From contig JAYWIR010000009.1 in NCBI GenBank assembly GCA_036172245.1, positions 2,728,001-2,792,000 of the forward strand: a stretch of 64,000 nucleotides of DNA, given 5' to 3'. Under the pieces are notes generated by a model. That model worked only from the letters and a program-made list of their open reading frames with translations. It was not told the DNA's origin and made no database searches. The translations under genes were made by a program, and so were the position numbers. The stretch's first letter is position 1; every line of letters starts with the position of its first letter. Below are positions 12,000 to 25,049 of the stretch, one piece after another. This DNA is from Raillietiella orientalis (Eukaryota).

Positions 12000-14900
12000 C
12001 GTTTCAAAAATGGCTCCGCCAGCTGCAGAAAATGCGAGCCTGGCAGGTCTTCAAGCAATTTATCCAAAGTTACTTCAGGATTATCCGTTATGATATACGA
12101 GCATCAGTTGTGTCTCCAGGATTATAGAAGGGGCACTGGTTGCCATTCCAGCTCCAAGACCAAATTTGCATCGCTTGCCATCAGCAGCTCCGCAGGTAGT
12201 ACCACAGACTCTGTTTCATCTCCGTCGTAATTTGATCTGAAGTCAACTGCATCTTCGTTGGTATCATCTGCTAAAAAATGCGACACTTTGTGAAGCATCG
12301 CATCGCTGCTGGTGGATGGCAGCCCATCGAACCAAAGTTACCGTGCCCATCAGCAAGTTATAAGAGGAGAGGAAAATCTTGAACCATCCTGATCCAGCGA
12401 GTCGTAAATAGACATATCGTCATGCGTTTGGTCGATTGATGAGTGAATGTGAGTTACATGAGACCGTCTTCGAGAATAGCAGGAAGCATTCCCTCCGCGA
12501 TAGAAAGCTACATCACGGAAAATAGAAAATCTCCATTCGGTTCTTAGGAAATTTTCAAGCTCCTAGTGGTCCAACGAGAAGTTGCCGATAACAAAAAGGT
12601 TTTCCTTATTCGGATCAACAGAGGAATCTTCCCTTCTGAGTTGAGGATCTTCTTCTACTCGTGCCTCGAGATAATGTTCCGCTGATCCACTGGCTCAGAG
12701 TGCCGTTACATGAGGTCTCTTCAGCTCATCAACTAAAGTAATTGATTCCTCTTCGTGAAACTACCAATTCTGTCTTGTCGGTACCGGAATACGGGATCGT
12801 TGATAATCTTTAGATGATCGCCGGAGAGGCTGCGAGGCAGCCGAGCGCTCAGAATGAAAGATCGGATTCGGAGGTTGCATCGGTCGCGCGAGATTGGGCC
12901 GGATCGAGCTGTTGCGTGGACCACGCGCGCACGTGCGAGTGGAGAACCTAACAGCCGGAAGCATTGCAAGTGCGCAAGTGAACGCTGCAGGGTCGACTTT
13001 TGCAGTCTTCGCCCTGACCCACCATTCCCGAAGGTCGTGAACGCCTTCCGCCATCCTCCAGCACACGAGAACAAAGCACGCCTGGAAGCACACAAAGGAA
13101 CAGAGCGACTGTGCTGCCAAAATAAAAGTAGCGGAAGCACCGCGTGACCAAGTGAGCTCTTCGTCTTGTCCTGGTCCCTGTCCGTTTTTCCTGATGTAGG
13201 CGTCGAACCCGTTCCCTGAATTGAGGTGGACGGACGTTTCGAAGGGTCCACCGAAAAGGAATCCGCTCTCGGCAAGTGTCCGTGGAGCCACTGGGCTCCA
13301 CGGACGCTTGCTACACGGACACAACGGCGGACAGTGGGGAAGCAGGAAGCAGGATGGAATGTTCGCAGAGACACCACCAGGATCGCTTAGGCGGAAGGCG
13401 CGCGCGTCACAGCAGCAGAGTCGAGAGCGAGTGCACCCCCCTCGCTGCTGTGCTGCCCTCCCTGATGGAAGATCTGGACAGCGATGTGGCGGCGAAGTGG
13501 GAGGTTACAGTGACAATCTCCGGAAAGGAGAAGAAGCTAGGAGAGTGGAAGACGGGTCAGCTGACTGACGCTGCCACCCCGAGTACGCCTCCCCATGGAT
13601 TTCTGCTCTGGGGCGCGCTGCTCGATGTTCCCATTGAACGTCTAAAGTGGCCCCCAGTACTTATGAACACGTCCACCCTCCCCTTAAAATGGCAGGAGTT
13701 GGCTCTCCTGTTGCAGCACTGGGGACTCCCCTGCAATGCCCGCCGACACCACTGGACCTGGGGAGCGGTGGACCCCAATTGCGTCAGGTGTGGGGAACGG
13801 GAGTCCCTCCCCCACCTGCTAGTGGATTGTGTTGCCCTTCGGCCCCTTTGGTTCCGCTTTGCCGCGGCCATCAGAATCCCCTGTGGCAATCCCAGGGACG
13901 CTCTGAAAGCCCTCTTCGTTGCCGACGCCCTTCGGCCAACGGCCTCGATAGCAGCCCTGTGCTGCCTACGCGGGATCGTCGCCGCATGGAGCAGGCTACA
14001 GGAGGACCACGCGACCAGGGTGCCATCCAAGGCGCCTCCCAATTCCTGAGATGGGCGTCGAGATGGCCCCACCTGGATCCAGGAATGCAGAAAGAGCTTG
14101 CTGGCATCCTGCGAAGGATGCAACGGCCCCACCAGCTACAGTGACCCTTTCCCGTACCCTCCCACTTTTTCTTTTCTTTTTTGTTTAGTTTTGTTGTTTT
14201 TTCCCCCTTCCCCCTGCTGCCGTGGTGGACCGTACCGGTCTGCGAACCGATGATCCGGCAGGCTCTGTGTTTCTTCGTGCGTGGCTGGAGCATTGGTCCA
14301 GCCACTGCATGTCTTTGTAAATGTTTATTGATCAATAAACGCCCCGGCGAAATCCGGGTGAAAATCGAGAGTGCGTGCAGCGGCGCGAGAAGACGGGCGA
14401 GCCACCCGCCGGAAGTCCCTCGGGCGTTTCTGGTAGGTGGATTCCTGGTGTAAAGCCGCCTCCAGGTGTCGTGTCGCGGTCTGTGGGCGTCAGCACTCTC
14501 GCAAGGGGATCGACTCCACGAGCGGCGAACGGAGCACGAGTCAACGTATCCCCCGCGCAGCCTGCGACCGCGAGAAGCCAGGAGAGTGCTGTTCCCATGG
14601 TGATCGCGCGAAAGGACGGAGAAGTTTCTCCTTTCGAGGGGGATGCCGCCAGTGAGTGTGTGCTGAAAAGAAGAGAAAACTGAAGGCTTTCGGGGGATGT
14701 TCCCCTCGAAGAATTCACTCGATCCCTGCCGCTTGTAAATCATCTGCCTTCACAGAGACAGAGAGGATGGCATGGGTTCCATGCAGGAAGAATGCTGGAA
14801 GGAATTTTTAGACTCGCACATTCACATAGAAATTAGGGTGCAGCCGTGGTCTAAAGGAGCAGAAGTGCTCCACTGGAAAATCTTAGGGCTTCAAGCGAAG

Positions 14901-16100
14901 CCTCTAATATGCTCAAAAGTAATTCTTTTGCTCGTTCGGTCACGTCACAAGATTCATACGTTTGGTTGAGTGTAACGGAAACCAGACTGTAAGACGAGAA
15001 CCACTGAGGACGTATATTATTAGAAGTAGGATACGTTACAAGTAAGTGTGATTATCATTCACGGTGAAGTCGCCAAAACTTCCATGACAACGTCGTGCTC
15101 AGGAAATGTTCGGCCAACGCCAGCCTTTCCTGAAATAGTTGAGTGGAGGGCAATGGCTTTGAAGCGAACCAAAGAGGGGGAATTTCGATGGCTAAACTGA
15201 ACCCCGTTCAAGGAATCAAACAGAGCGCAGTGCGAGCATCAGGTCAGATGCTAAAAATCCCCATCTTCTTCCCTGCGTTGTCGGGAAGCAGTTGTCCTGC
15301 TGTCCTGCTTTCTTCCTCCTGTGCTTTGATTTCGCATCGAAGCACAGGAATGGAGAAGGTTGGTAGTGACTGGAAGACCCGCGACTTTCCTGATCCTCGA
15401 ACGTCGAACAAGTGCAGCAGCATCTGCATCTTTTGCTGAATATTCTACCAGGCCGAGAGGTAGGAGAAATAAGACAAACGTTACGGAAGGCTGCAAGAAG
15501 GCACTGGGACCATTTTCCGTGGTTCCAGAATAGGAAGCAGGGGGCATGCGCGTGAACGTACAGGGCGACGGCCGCGAATTCGGAAGATCAGGGACATCGG
15601 TGCAGCCTCCTACTTCCTCATCGGAAAGCCTCTTCACAGCATGCAAATCAGTAGGCTGTAGTCATCGTGGGAGATCTGCGAAGTTCCGTGGGCGATCTGC
15701 GAAATTCTGGGGATTGCTGCAAATTGGGGTGCCTCGGAAGATCCCATTAGATGAGACCCATTTACCACGATTCCTGCGCGATGTGGTAGCGTGATACCAT
15801 CCCGAGGATGGTCTGCGGGAATCTCTTCTCCCGCAGCCTCTCAGATTGTTTCCTTCCTCGTTCCCTACTTCCTTGCAGTCAGATCCAGTTAAAAGGAATG
15901 GATCGCCAAGAGCAGTAGCGAGGGAAGCATTCTTTGGGTGCTGAAGAAAGGGAAAGGTTTTCTTGAGAATCTGGAGCAGTGAAGCTGGAAGAAACTTATC
16001 AGCTGAAAGAAGAGAAACGTGGAAGAAGTCGCTGCTGAGTTGGATTTTCCGCATCCTCGCTTCTCGTTTAAATCAAACGGAAGTGTAGAGAGCCTTTGCA
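12000..16100 (-). pseudogene. Decayed LRR-RLK interrupted by the LINE at 13436-14364
   Basis: LRR peptides QLSSDFFHVSL, EVGGCTD, FFEGNIP and LTGGIPLE lie upstream. Removing the LINE joins LHALS to TLLL. WLHGHLP..SF (C-cap-like) follows, then kinase remnants NGTLSQW, LVRWA and NYDGDE. Confidence 0.55.
13436..14364 (+). mobile_element. 5'-truncated non-LTR retrotransposon (L1-clade-like; ORF2 C-terminus + 3' UTR)
   Basis: Open frame to 14049 with CVRCGERESLPHLLVDC (zf-RVT-type CCHC). T-rich 3' UTR and terminal motif aataaacgccccggcgaaatccgggtgaaaa. TSD tcgagagcgagtgca (13421-13435) / tcgagagtgcgtgca (14365-14379), 13/15 match. Confidence 0.85.
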
Positions 16101-17800
16101 CCGACGAAGCCAGAGGCAGGGTTAGTCAGCTGGCAGAGGATTTTTCACAAAGCACGTTCTGAATTGCATCCCGCGCAGACTGCCGAAGAAGCCACGGAAA
16201 TTGTGAATCCAGCACAGGGCAAGCCGTTTCACTGGGGGTGGGTTTTTAAGGATCCCTCAGTTCTGTCTTTAAAACCTTGGATCCATAAAGTCTCCTTGCT
16301 CCAAGTGCTCAGCTCTTGCAAAAGCTCTTGCAGCTCTTCCCCCACCATTGGAGGAGTTCGGTTGCCGTTGCGCCACCTCGAAGATCCCAACGAAGTGCGA
16401 CTCCCATTTGTTTCGTTCGTACTTTGCTTCTCTCGGAAATACCGACTGGTTGGTTCTCAGGGAGCTTCTTGTGTTTGATGCACCTGACCACCATGACTCT
16501 TGGAAAGGCTTTCGAAATTTCAGTGCTCACAAGAAAGGCAGCGTAGCCTCAGGCTGTGTATATCCGACAGATTTGATCAGAGTGAACTGCGGCTTAATTC
16601 CGAGATGCGTAATTTGGTAACTAGAGAAGCCAGAGATGCTGCTATGGGAGGTTCTTCGGGAGACTTTAAGTAGGAGCCTCTGTTTACAGGAAGCACGAAT
16701 CACTAAGACATCCTCGTACCCAGAGTATGCGCTCATCAAACTGTATGCTGCAGTCAAATTCTGGGCTCATCCTAGAGATGAAACACACTGAATACACCCC
16801 TATGCAACAGAAAAACATATTTTCAGGGTGTTCGAGAAGCTAACTTGGGGGGAAAGGCCCGTGAAGGCGGACATTTGCACCTTACGGAACCATCGGCCAG
16901 ATACTGAAGGGGTCATTCTTCAGGACGGAGTTCCGTGGATCCTCGAGCTTATCTCCACATTCCATGGAAGTGATGCCTTCTCTGTTGATGGCAGCGGTTA
17001 CAGACAGCAGAGCTTCCGGACTATTCCCCAGTTTCAGACTACATGGCAAACTAGAAGCCAAGTTATGGTTATCGACTCTGTCAGCAGAGGAAAGCAAATT
17101 CACTGAAAGAGCGGTCAGATTCTTACCGATCTCATGCTCTCAAGATTGTGCCCATGACCATAAACTCTAAGATTCTCTCCTGCTTCAAGCAATACATGAA
17201 CAAACTTCTTCCTGGAGCATCGTACAGAAATGACAAGACTCGAAAAATACTTGAGATTAGAAGGAACTCAAAAGGGCACTTTTTGTGACATCAGCACATG
17301 AAGGTTCAAACCTGAATTGCAGGAACACGAAATGATCTTGAAGAATGATTTCGGCAGAAAAGCTCAAGCGCCTTAACACGCTAATAAAACCAGAGAAAAG
17401 GAGTTGAAAGTGGTGCTACGTGTTCATAGCTTGAAGAACTGCCTGTACGTAGATGGAGAACTGTGCCTGCAAGAGCGGAGCCAAAGAAAGCTCTAGAAGA
17501 GTTCAATAGCAGTCCCAACTTGTTAACTGGTCGCAAGGTCTGGATGTAGGGACCAATGGCGGAGCGAGCCACTACTTAGTAACTGGTTCCATCGGAAGGT
17601 TCCCTTAGTATTTCAGGCATATGCTTAAGGAGAAGGAACAAGGAGGGTATCATCCAGCAATTGGGGACCTTAGGACTAGAATGACCTTAAAAAGGTTGAG
17701 GTCATGAGTTGAGGTGAGATAAGAAATTTGAAGGAAGTCTGGAAAGTTTGGAAAGCTGAATCTCGGACTCCCCGCTCTATGAGTGTCCCCAGGAGGACTA
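16100..17800 (-). pseudogene. Decayed LRR-RLK (LRR then kinase)
   Basis: NHNLASSLPCSL (LRR), then GFSSYQI, VMVVRCIKHKKL (cf. SRIxHKNLV), LRWDLR, GDFMDPRF and RLALCWIH in kinase order. Confidence 0.45.
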
Positions 17801-17894
17801 TTTCGGTCAGCAAAAGAAGCTCCGCAGAGTAATTGAACATTAGGCCACGGCGCACACGATGCGATGCTTGTCAGTGCTCGTTAAAGATGTTAGT

Positions 17895-18068
17895 TGTTAC
17901 GGACAGTAGCATGGCGATCATGGCTACCGGAATTCCTCGAGGCGACTCCCTGGAAGAAACAACCCGCCTTGGAGCTGGACACCACCCGAGAGTCGAGAGC
18001 AAACATCCAGCAGCCGGTAGAGAACTATTCCTGCCTTCCGGCGGTGGTTCGGACGACCACAGGTTCTA
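17895..18068 (-). mobile_element. Dispersed repeat homologous to 63530-63710; probable LINE ORF1-region fragment
   Basis: Alignable by eye to 63530-63710. Minus-strand peptide RKAGIVLYRLLDV..VQL matches REAGTAVYRLLDV..DVQL and resembles EGALTTYRQLLRD at ~46480. Confidence 0.5.
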
Positions 18069-19099
18069 ATGGCTGCAAAGTGTAGGAACCACTAGGCGAC
18101 GGTGTCCTTAGAAAGTATTGCACGTGAACTCAACTCTGACCACTGACGCACATCCTGTGCACGTCCTGTTCGTCATCTTGCATCACAATCAATCAGCAGC
18201 AGTTTCTTCAGTGAGGTTAAGGAGTGCCGATGCGAAGGAATGGTCCACACGAATGACTTCCAGAGGAGAGTCACTTGGTCCCAACTCCCCAGAGAAACGG
18301 TCACCAACTATTGGATTTAGAGTGGTAGTTCTTTGTAAAGGTTATGGAGACTTTGGAAAAAAAAGCAAATTCGCCGGATGTGAACTCGATGCACCTCATC
18401 ACGCGCAATCCCAGCTCGATGAGATTCTGGATGATTCTCGAACCAACACTCGAATGTTTTTGAAATGAAGAAACCTCGATATTCGTTGAAGCTCGAAATT
18501 CCTCGCCTCCAAATAGCTGATACATATATGTAGTGCTTGCAGGATCCATTAAGAAATGAGGCTTGATTTCCAGAAGCGAGCAAGAAGGTCAAGAGTTCAC
18601 AATGTGCTTTGGAGGTGCGCTGAAGATCTCGTCTGAAAGTGTTTCGATTAGTACCTTCATGAGAGCGAGAAAAGCCGCCCGCTCATGTAATTGCTTTGAT
18701 GGTTGAGATTCCATGAGAGGAAAAGCGCCATCAAAGACTGATGAAACCCTATCTTCTTGATGAACAAAAAAAAAGCCCACAATTGAAGTGGCAATGAACA
18801 CTGCTTTTTTCCCTTGATAATTCGAAGGAGCGCATTCGCTTACTACCTGAGTTACACATCACTCGTTGATAAGAAGATGCCATCTTTTTCAAGCACCACC
18901 TGAATCCAAAGATTCCAGGAATACAATATGCAGCAGAGAGGCTTCAAGCGTGAGTTTATCCGTCGGCTTAAAAGTGGTATCCATGCCAGTCGTGCACGAG
19001 AAGCGAACAGCTGAGGGTCATCAAAGCTCTTCGCTGTAGTTCTGGAGGCAGCGGGGGCTGGGATCGGCAATCAGATTTTAATCAGGCCGGAATCAAAGT

Positions 19100-19740
19100 G
19101 CTCTGTGAGCCGATCCGGAGGGACTGTGGAAAGTAGGGCTGCCAAACGTCTGCTTCCATAATAATAATCATATGACGTTTACAGGAATCTAATGTCCTTG
19201 GTCTTCAAGGAGCATCACATTTAATGAGAGCAGATTTCATAGGGAAGCACGAATGGGCGGACTCATCTCACGTGGTCAAAAGAGAAAGGGAAAGTCAACA
19301 CTGGACTGGAAAACACAGTTACGTATAGTGGGCGATTCTGAGCAACTTCAAGGAACTGGGATGGCAGAATTCTACGGGGCTGCTGCTGAGCTCTCTCGTC
19401 GCCAGAAGCTAAAGGAACAACTATTTTGGATGCCAACGATATGGCGCGTCTTTTCTCCTTTTTAATTTAGCGAGGTTCATGTGCAAGTGCCATCGTGACT
19501 TGGCAAATTAATATAAACTTTGCAGATAAAAACTTTGCAGCCCTCTGAGTCCTCGAGAGGTGAACTCATGATCGGCAAATCAAATGCAATCCTGAGGTTA
19601 CTTCTAGAGGCCTTAGAGGACTGCAAGATTTTTTATCAACACACGCTTAAGAAACTGCGAGGGACCACGAAGCTTCAACGGTATGCGGGATGTCACTCTG
19701 GAGAGCGCATTCAATGCTGAAGCATTAGGAAACACAATGC
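19100..19740 (+). pseudogene. RLK kinase-domain remnant
   Basis: STLDWKTQLRIVG (cf. LDWxxRLRIA) and AILRLLLEALEDC (subdomain XI-like). Confidence 0.5.
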
Positions 19741-19742
19741 AT

Positions 19743-20000
19743 TTAAACGGCATCATCTGAAAATGCAGGGATTTTGAGGAAAGAAGGTTTTCGCCGGCAG
19801 ATCGAGATCACATAAACCAGGATAAGGGAACGGGAAGAACGTGAGTTAGAAGAACAAAACCCTCTTCGTTCTCGAAACACAGCTTTACCACCAGCATCGA
19901 CAGATTTGTTCGAAATGGAAATTTTAGTAGTGCTCTTCTTCCAGGAGAAAAATTTCTTGTTTCTGTTTCGGTTAGAAGGGCTTCGAGTCGTTTCCACTCG
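19743..20000 (-). pseudogene. RLK kinase N-lobe remnant
   Basis: KFFSWKK..SNKSVDAGG and GFCSSN..SLILVY (cf. GFC...LLLVYEY). Confidence 0.45.
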
Positions 20001-20044
20001 GTCACGCCGGGGAATCCATTACTAAATGCATTACTAAGTCATTG

Positions 20045-20754
20045 AGGATGCATTCCTCAAAACAAGAGCAGAAAAAGAAGTTCAAAGACAGCGGGCAGGC
20101 AAGTCGGTTGCTGAAGAAACCCAGGACGAGACAACGAAAAGATCAATAAAGAGAGGATGAGCACAGCGGTCTTTGGTAGCAGCTGCTCTTTTCTTCTTCA
20201 CCTCGGTGCAGAATGCCAGAGATCTCCTTCTTGACTTTTCTTCTAGTTGGGGCCACCGCCGCCGTCTTCGTGCAGGCGGCTGCCTTCCTTGAGACCGAGA
20301 CCCCAGCACACGGCGAATCGTGACGATGGCACGGATGCAATCGGTTTGCAATGTCGGTTTGCAATCGCGGTGGAAAAGAGCAAAGACTGTCCCTGGATGT
20401 GTCCTCCTGATGCAGGAACATGAAGGCAGCCTCCTCCGCAGTCCGTGGAGGACGCTGTGGTCCAGCGGCAGATGCGGGAACCACTCGATCGTCCCAACCC
20501 GGAAGAGCTCGCGAAAGAGGCGCCCGTGCTGGCTGCTCCGGAAATCCCAGCACAGAAGCGGCAGCACCTTGTGCTTCTACCTCAAGGGGAACACCCAAGT
20601 GTCCAGACACACAAAAGGGGGACCTCGAGTTCTCCGGAGAACACAAAGTTTTTCCCATCTGACGACGTGCAGAGGCGGCGTCGACCAGCTGGCGCTCGTC
20701 TTCCAGCCGTCCAGGAGTTCCACTAGGAGCTCGGAATTGCATAGGGGGCATCCA
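20045..20754 (-). pseudogene. Decayed RLK (WAK-like) kinase fragment, copy A of an inverted duplication
   Basis: GRLEDERQL, LGVPLEVE, PLLCWDF, GWDDRV, AEEAAFMFLH and FHRDCKP in kinase order across frames. Near-identical reverse complement at 60863-61580. Confidence 0.6.
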
Positions 20755-21619
20755 TCCAAGATCATGAAAAAGGCAGTTCACGTGTTCTTTGACCTTATGA
20801 GGGAGAAGGGAACAATTCCCAGAGGTAGACAGAAACCACACATCACGCCGCTTCTGAAATGGAGTTCTTCGACCTACCATGTGCCTGGCACGCAGATTTA
20901 AGAAAAGATAAAACATGAAAGATGGAATCAACTACATGTCAACAGAGAAAAGAGGAAAACACAATGGAAGCATCGCCTTTGACAGAAGAAAATCGCTGGT
21001 TATGGTTTTAAAGGAAAATGAAGTGAAACGAGAAGACGACCCTTCTATAATGACGACTCTTATCGCGCAACTGATCCGAGTGTGCAGGTAATCCCAGGTC
21101 CGGGGAATTTAAAACGCCCCTCATCCAAACGCGAGAATGTCCCGATCAGGGTCTTCCAGAATTAGAGATGCAGAAACCACCACGGCACAGTTTTGTGGCC
21201 TCGTATGCCAGTTCAAGATGAATCGAGCTCTAGGGAGGACTGCACTCTCACAGCATTTCCATCCACCTTCACTGGGATGTGTACCGACACACGGGCAAAG
21301 CCCTCTTTTGTGGCCGACGTTTTGCTGACCTGCTCTTTTTTCTCTTTTTCCTGACCATTTGTGGCCATTTTCTTCATCCCTTCAATGTTGGACCCACGGC
21401 GCTCACGTGCCTGGGGAGAAAACGGTGCGAAGTCGCCGTTGCGCTGCGAACGTTTACAAAAGGAACAGCAGGGACCCGGCGGTTTGGAGACTTCAGCGAG
21501 GAGAATCCCTCACCTGTATGGAACTCTGCATACGAAATTCATCCCCATCGAAGTCTGAGATTACGAGATAACAGGGCAGCCTCCCTTTGCTAGGAGCAGC
21601 TGAAAAGAATTTCGATTGG

Positions 21620-23010
21620 GTATTGACCTTACTGAACCTGACAGCATCGTGGGTAGAACGCTCCAGTCAATGGTATCGGGCCTCGCAGTGGAATTTCTGC
21701 TGCCGAAATTCCAGAAGCTAAGATTAACTGTTTGAATGAGATCAGGGAAGTGGATGTGCTTGCTGCCGGTTGCAGCGTCCTTCCTGGATCTCGGTTTCCT
21801 TTCGCGACCTTTCGTTTCTTTTCCTTAGCTGCTCTTAACAAAGGTCATCAGGCTGGCCCGTTGTCATCCGGACGGAGGGCGACCCGGGTGAAAATCAGTT
21901 CCAGAGAGATTTCCTTGCATCTGGAAACATTCCTCTTTCTTTCCAAGCTCACCGTGGGAGTGTTAATCACAAGAGCGACGCCCGATCTAACCGGAAACTC
22001 CGCCTTCCTCTTTCGCTGTCATCAGAGTTGGTTTTCTACCGGTTTCTATCCACATTTCTGACGGTTGTTACATAAATTAGAGGTCCAGAAAGAGGAGTCG
22101 CTCCTCGAGACAAAAATGTCCCTGCATCCTGGTCTCAGCTCCATTTACTTCCTCGATAAACTCCCTGCTTTATGGCATTCTTAGCACCTGTTATCCCTTA
22201 TTCATGAAGCACGGACGTCTATCCCCTTACAGGGCTTCTTTATATCGCAGATGTTATCTTAATTTCTCCGAGAATGGAAAGCTCTTGCACCTTCGGTAAA
22301 AATGTTGGGTCACGACACTCGTTTTTGGCTCACTCAGTCGGTGTGCCTCCAGCCGCATTTCCGATATCCGCATTTATCGATCAGCGTAAACAGTGTGTTA
22401 TTTTTCCAGCAATGGCGTGCACTCCACCCCTAGTGGTCGTTGCTACGTGCAGGTAGTCCATTTAACAAGACATGCCCATCAAAAGTCCATTGTGACGACG
22501 CGTACGAGATCCTGAGGACCAAATTAAAAGATCTACTCAAAAGGAATGGGGCTGGTCTCTTCCAGCCACTCAATACAGTGCCGTGGTGCTTCCCTCCGAT
22601 TGCCACATGCAGTGACACTTTTCATGCAACAACTGGCGAGTGCAAGCAACGTGTTCGAATACCAATGCTGGCCAGAGAGCAGCTACTAAATGATCAGCAG
22701 ACATCCGGATGGATCTCGGAAGAGGCTTTCATGCCGAAGTTCCGCCGAATGTTCAGAGAACTGATTCTTCCCGTTGCTAAGACTCTACTGAGGGAAAGGT
22801 TAGGACGAGGTTGTTTCGTTTTTGGTCCAATGGAACGCAGTCTGCCGCCCTCAGCATTGATGTCCTTGGAACTTCAATTCAACCACCTAACTGAAGGAGG
22901 GGCGACGCCCCTTCGAGGAGTGCCAGAGTGGCTATCAAATCATACCCACACCTGCTTCCGCAATGGATGGAAAGGAGTGGCATCAGCCTCCTTGCACCAC
23001 TCATAGGACT
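21620..23010 (+). pseudogene. Decayed LRR ectodomain
   Basis: EIPEAKINCLNEIREVD, LLNDQQTSGWISEE, LMSLELQFNHLT and GVPEWLSN. Confidence 0.55.
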
Positions 23011-23486
23011 CTTTTTGATAGTTTGCGCGCTGGCTCCTTACTCTTACTTAGTTACCTCGGCCACCGGAACCGCTGGAGATCTCAGGCGACTGCGTCAGAG
23101 GATGTTCATTCGCTTAATCCCGACCATAATGAAGTGCGTGGCAAGATGACATCACCTCCGTCCCTAAACCAGAGAGGACCCTGCTCCCGGGTCGCGGAGA
23201 GGCTCCAAGAAATCAAAGACGCTGCACAGAACTCAGGTGACCTTGCCCTCTCGTCCCTTCCCCGTCTTCCAGAGACAGCAAACGTTTGGATCCGCTGTTT
23301 CCTCGTGTCGTGTGTTTACTTTCTGTTATTCCCTTCCATTACCCTCTCACCCCTTTTTACTGAGCGGGCTTTCCTCTCAGCTACTGACCTGCATGCGGTC
23401 GTTCCCCAAGTCGTGCCCCAAGGCACGTTAATGCATGCCTATTTAATTTTAGCAAAATTCCCGGTAGAGAGACCATTCATTTTCAA

Positions 23487-24080
23487 GTAAATAAATAAAT
23501 AAATAACAACTACAGCTAGACGCCGGCATGTGTCGGCGTGTCTTGCCCAACAAGACTACCCTCACTGGGGACACGAATGGGGAGGAGATGGGGGAGTGAC
23601 AATAAATAAGCAAATAAATGAATTGAGAACGGTGTGTACTAGCCACAACCGCGTTACGAGCGTCGGTTACAGTAGAACATGAGGGAGTCGGGATGCCTCA
23701 TCGCTAATGGGTCAGCCTGCTCCCAATACACTGAAGGTTCCCCTCACATCTCAGATTGGTCATTTCGTCACTGCTTTCCTACATCCTGGAGGCCACTGGT
23801 GCCCGCACGTTGTGGACAATGGCCAGAGGAGAGACAACAGAATACACCTGAGAAGATCTCCGGGAAAACTGGGGAAAAGCGCTTCAGCCATGCGTTTCCA
23901 TCGCTGACCAAGCCCTCTCCATTGTACCGCAGAGAGTGCACTCTGTGGGCACCCCCCACTCTTACGCATGGTGACGTTTCTCATCATGGGGAACTATTGA
24001 CTCCAATTCCAGTGAACTAGCAATGCAGCAGCTCCCTGGAGGCGCAGGGAAAGGACAGAGGCGCCCGCTACGAAGCCGGG
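23487..24080 (-). mobile_element. Diverged LINE ORF2 C-terminal fragment (related family) ending in (TTTA)n
   Basis: LRLQGAAALLVHW and WKRMAEALFP..LLRCILL align with LKWQELALLLQHW and WERFAESLRIP..KCLFL of the other copies. There is a hairpin at ~23520-23540 and (taaa)n at 23488-23506. Confidence 0.45.
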
Positions 24081-24249
24081 CATCTTCACACTTTCACAAC
24101 CGGCTCCATCCATGGACTACACATCGAAAGACTTGAACCACCTTATTTATTGGCGAAAATAAGAATAGTGAGAACAATAAATAAGAACTGCATAGTAAGA
24201 AATGGTGGTCAGAGGTGACCAGCCTCAGGATGGTCATCCTTGTTCCCTA

Positions 24250-24750
24250 GAGACTGACTGGGGCACAAGAGAGAGCGTAATAGGCAGGGCGCATGCACCC
24301 AGCCCGTTCCCAATCAACTTTCCTCGTTACAGGGGACAGTCCAGTGCACCAACAAGGTGTGGTGACGAAGAGGAAGGACGGAAGCTTCCAGGAGGAAGAC
24401 AGGGGGGTCCTCAGCTTTTCACGATGACCTCCAGAAAACTCGATCCAACCTTGCTTACTTTCAGCGGAATTTCCAGTCGGGGTTCCATTCTCCAGATGGC
24501 ACCCGTGCATTCGGAGGTGCGTTTGTTAACCACTGAGTTCCAGCAGACTGCATCCCACGCCGCAGGCAGGACGATGCCGCTTTCTCTCACCGATGGATGC
24601 ATCATGAGAGTTAGCGGTCTCGCGCTGAGTCTTGGGAAGCTGAAGAGAACCGTCTGGCATCTCTCTGAAAGACAGCTTTTCCAGTCCAACCGCTGCTGAA
24701 AGAGGTTGAACTTTCCAGCCAAGAGAATCCTCCTGCCCTATGACTCCTCC
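24250..24750 (-). pseudogene. Decayed LRR fragment
   Basis: GLEKLSF, LEIPLKVSKV and WKLPSFLFV. Confidence 0.3.
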
Positions 24751-25049
24751 CACCAAGCTTCCCGGTTCACGGGGAGACGGGATATCGGGTGGCGCAGGCG
24801 CCGCCCTCGCCTGCGCCTGCGTGGGAAGACGGGCGCGGGACCTTTGCCGCATCCATCATGTTGATGTGCTCACCAGAGAGATGCCAAGAGGTGTTCCTCA
24901 GCAATTCCCGGCATCATGCTTGCATCTACAGCTGTCCCGCAGAGAGCAAGATCCGCAACCAGGCAAGGGAGCGCTGAGTCGTTCAGTCTCGCCCGAAATA
25001 CGGTAGGGCACCACGGACCGGCGACCTGAGGCCACACGCAGCGGTCACG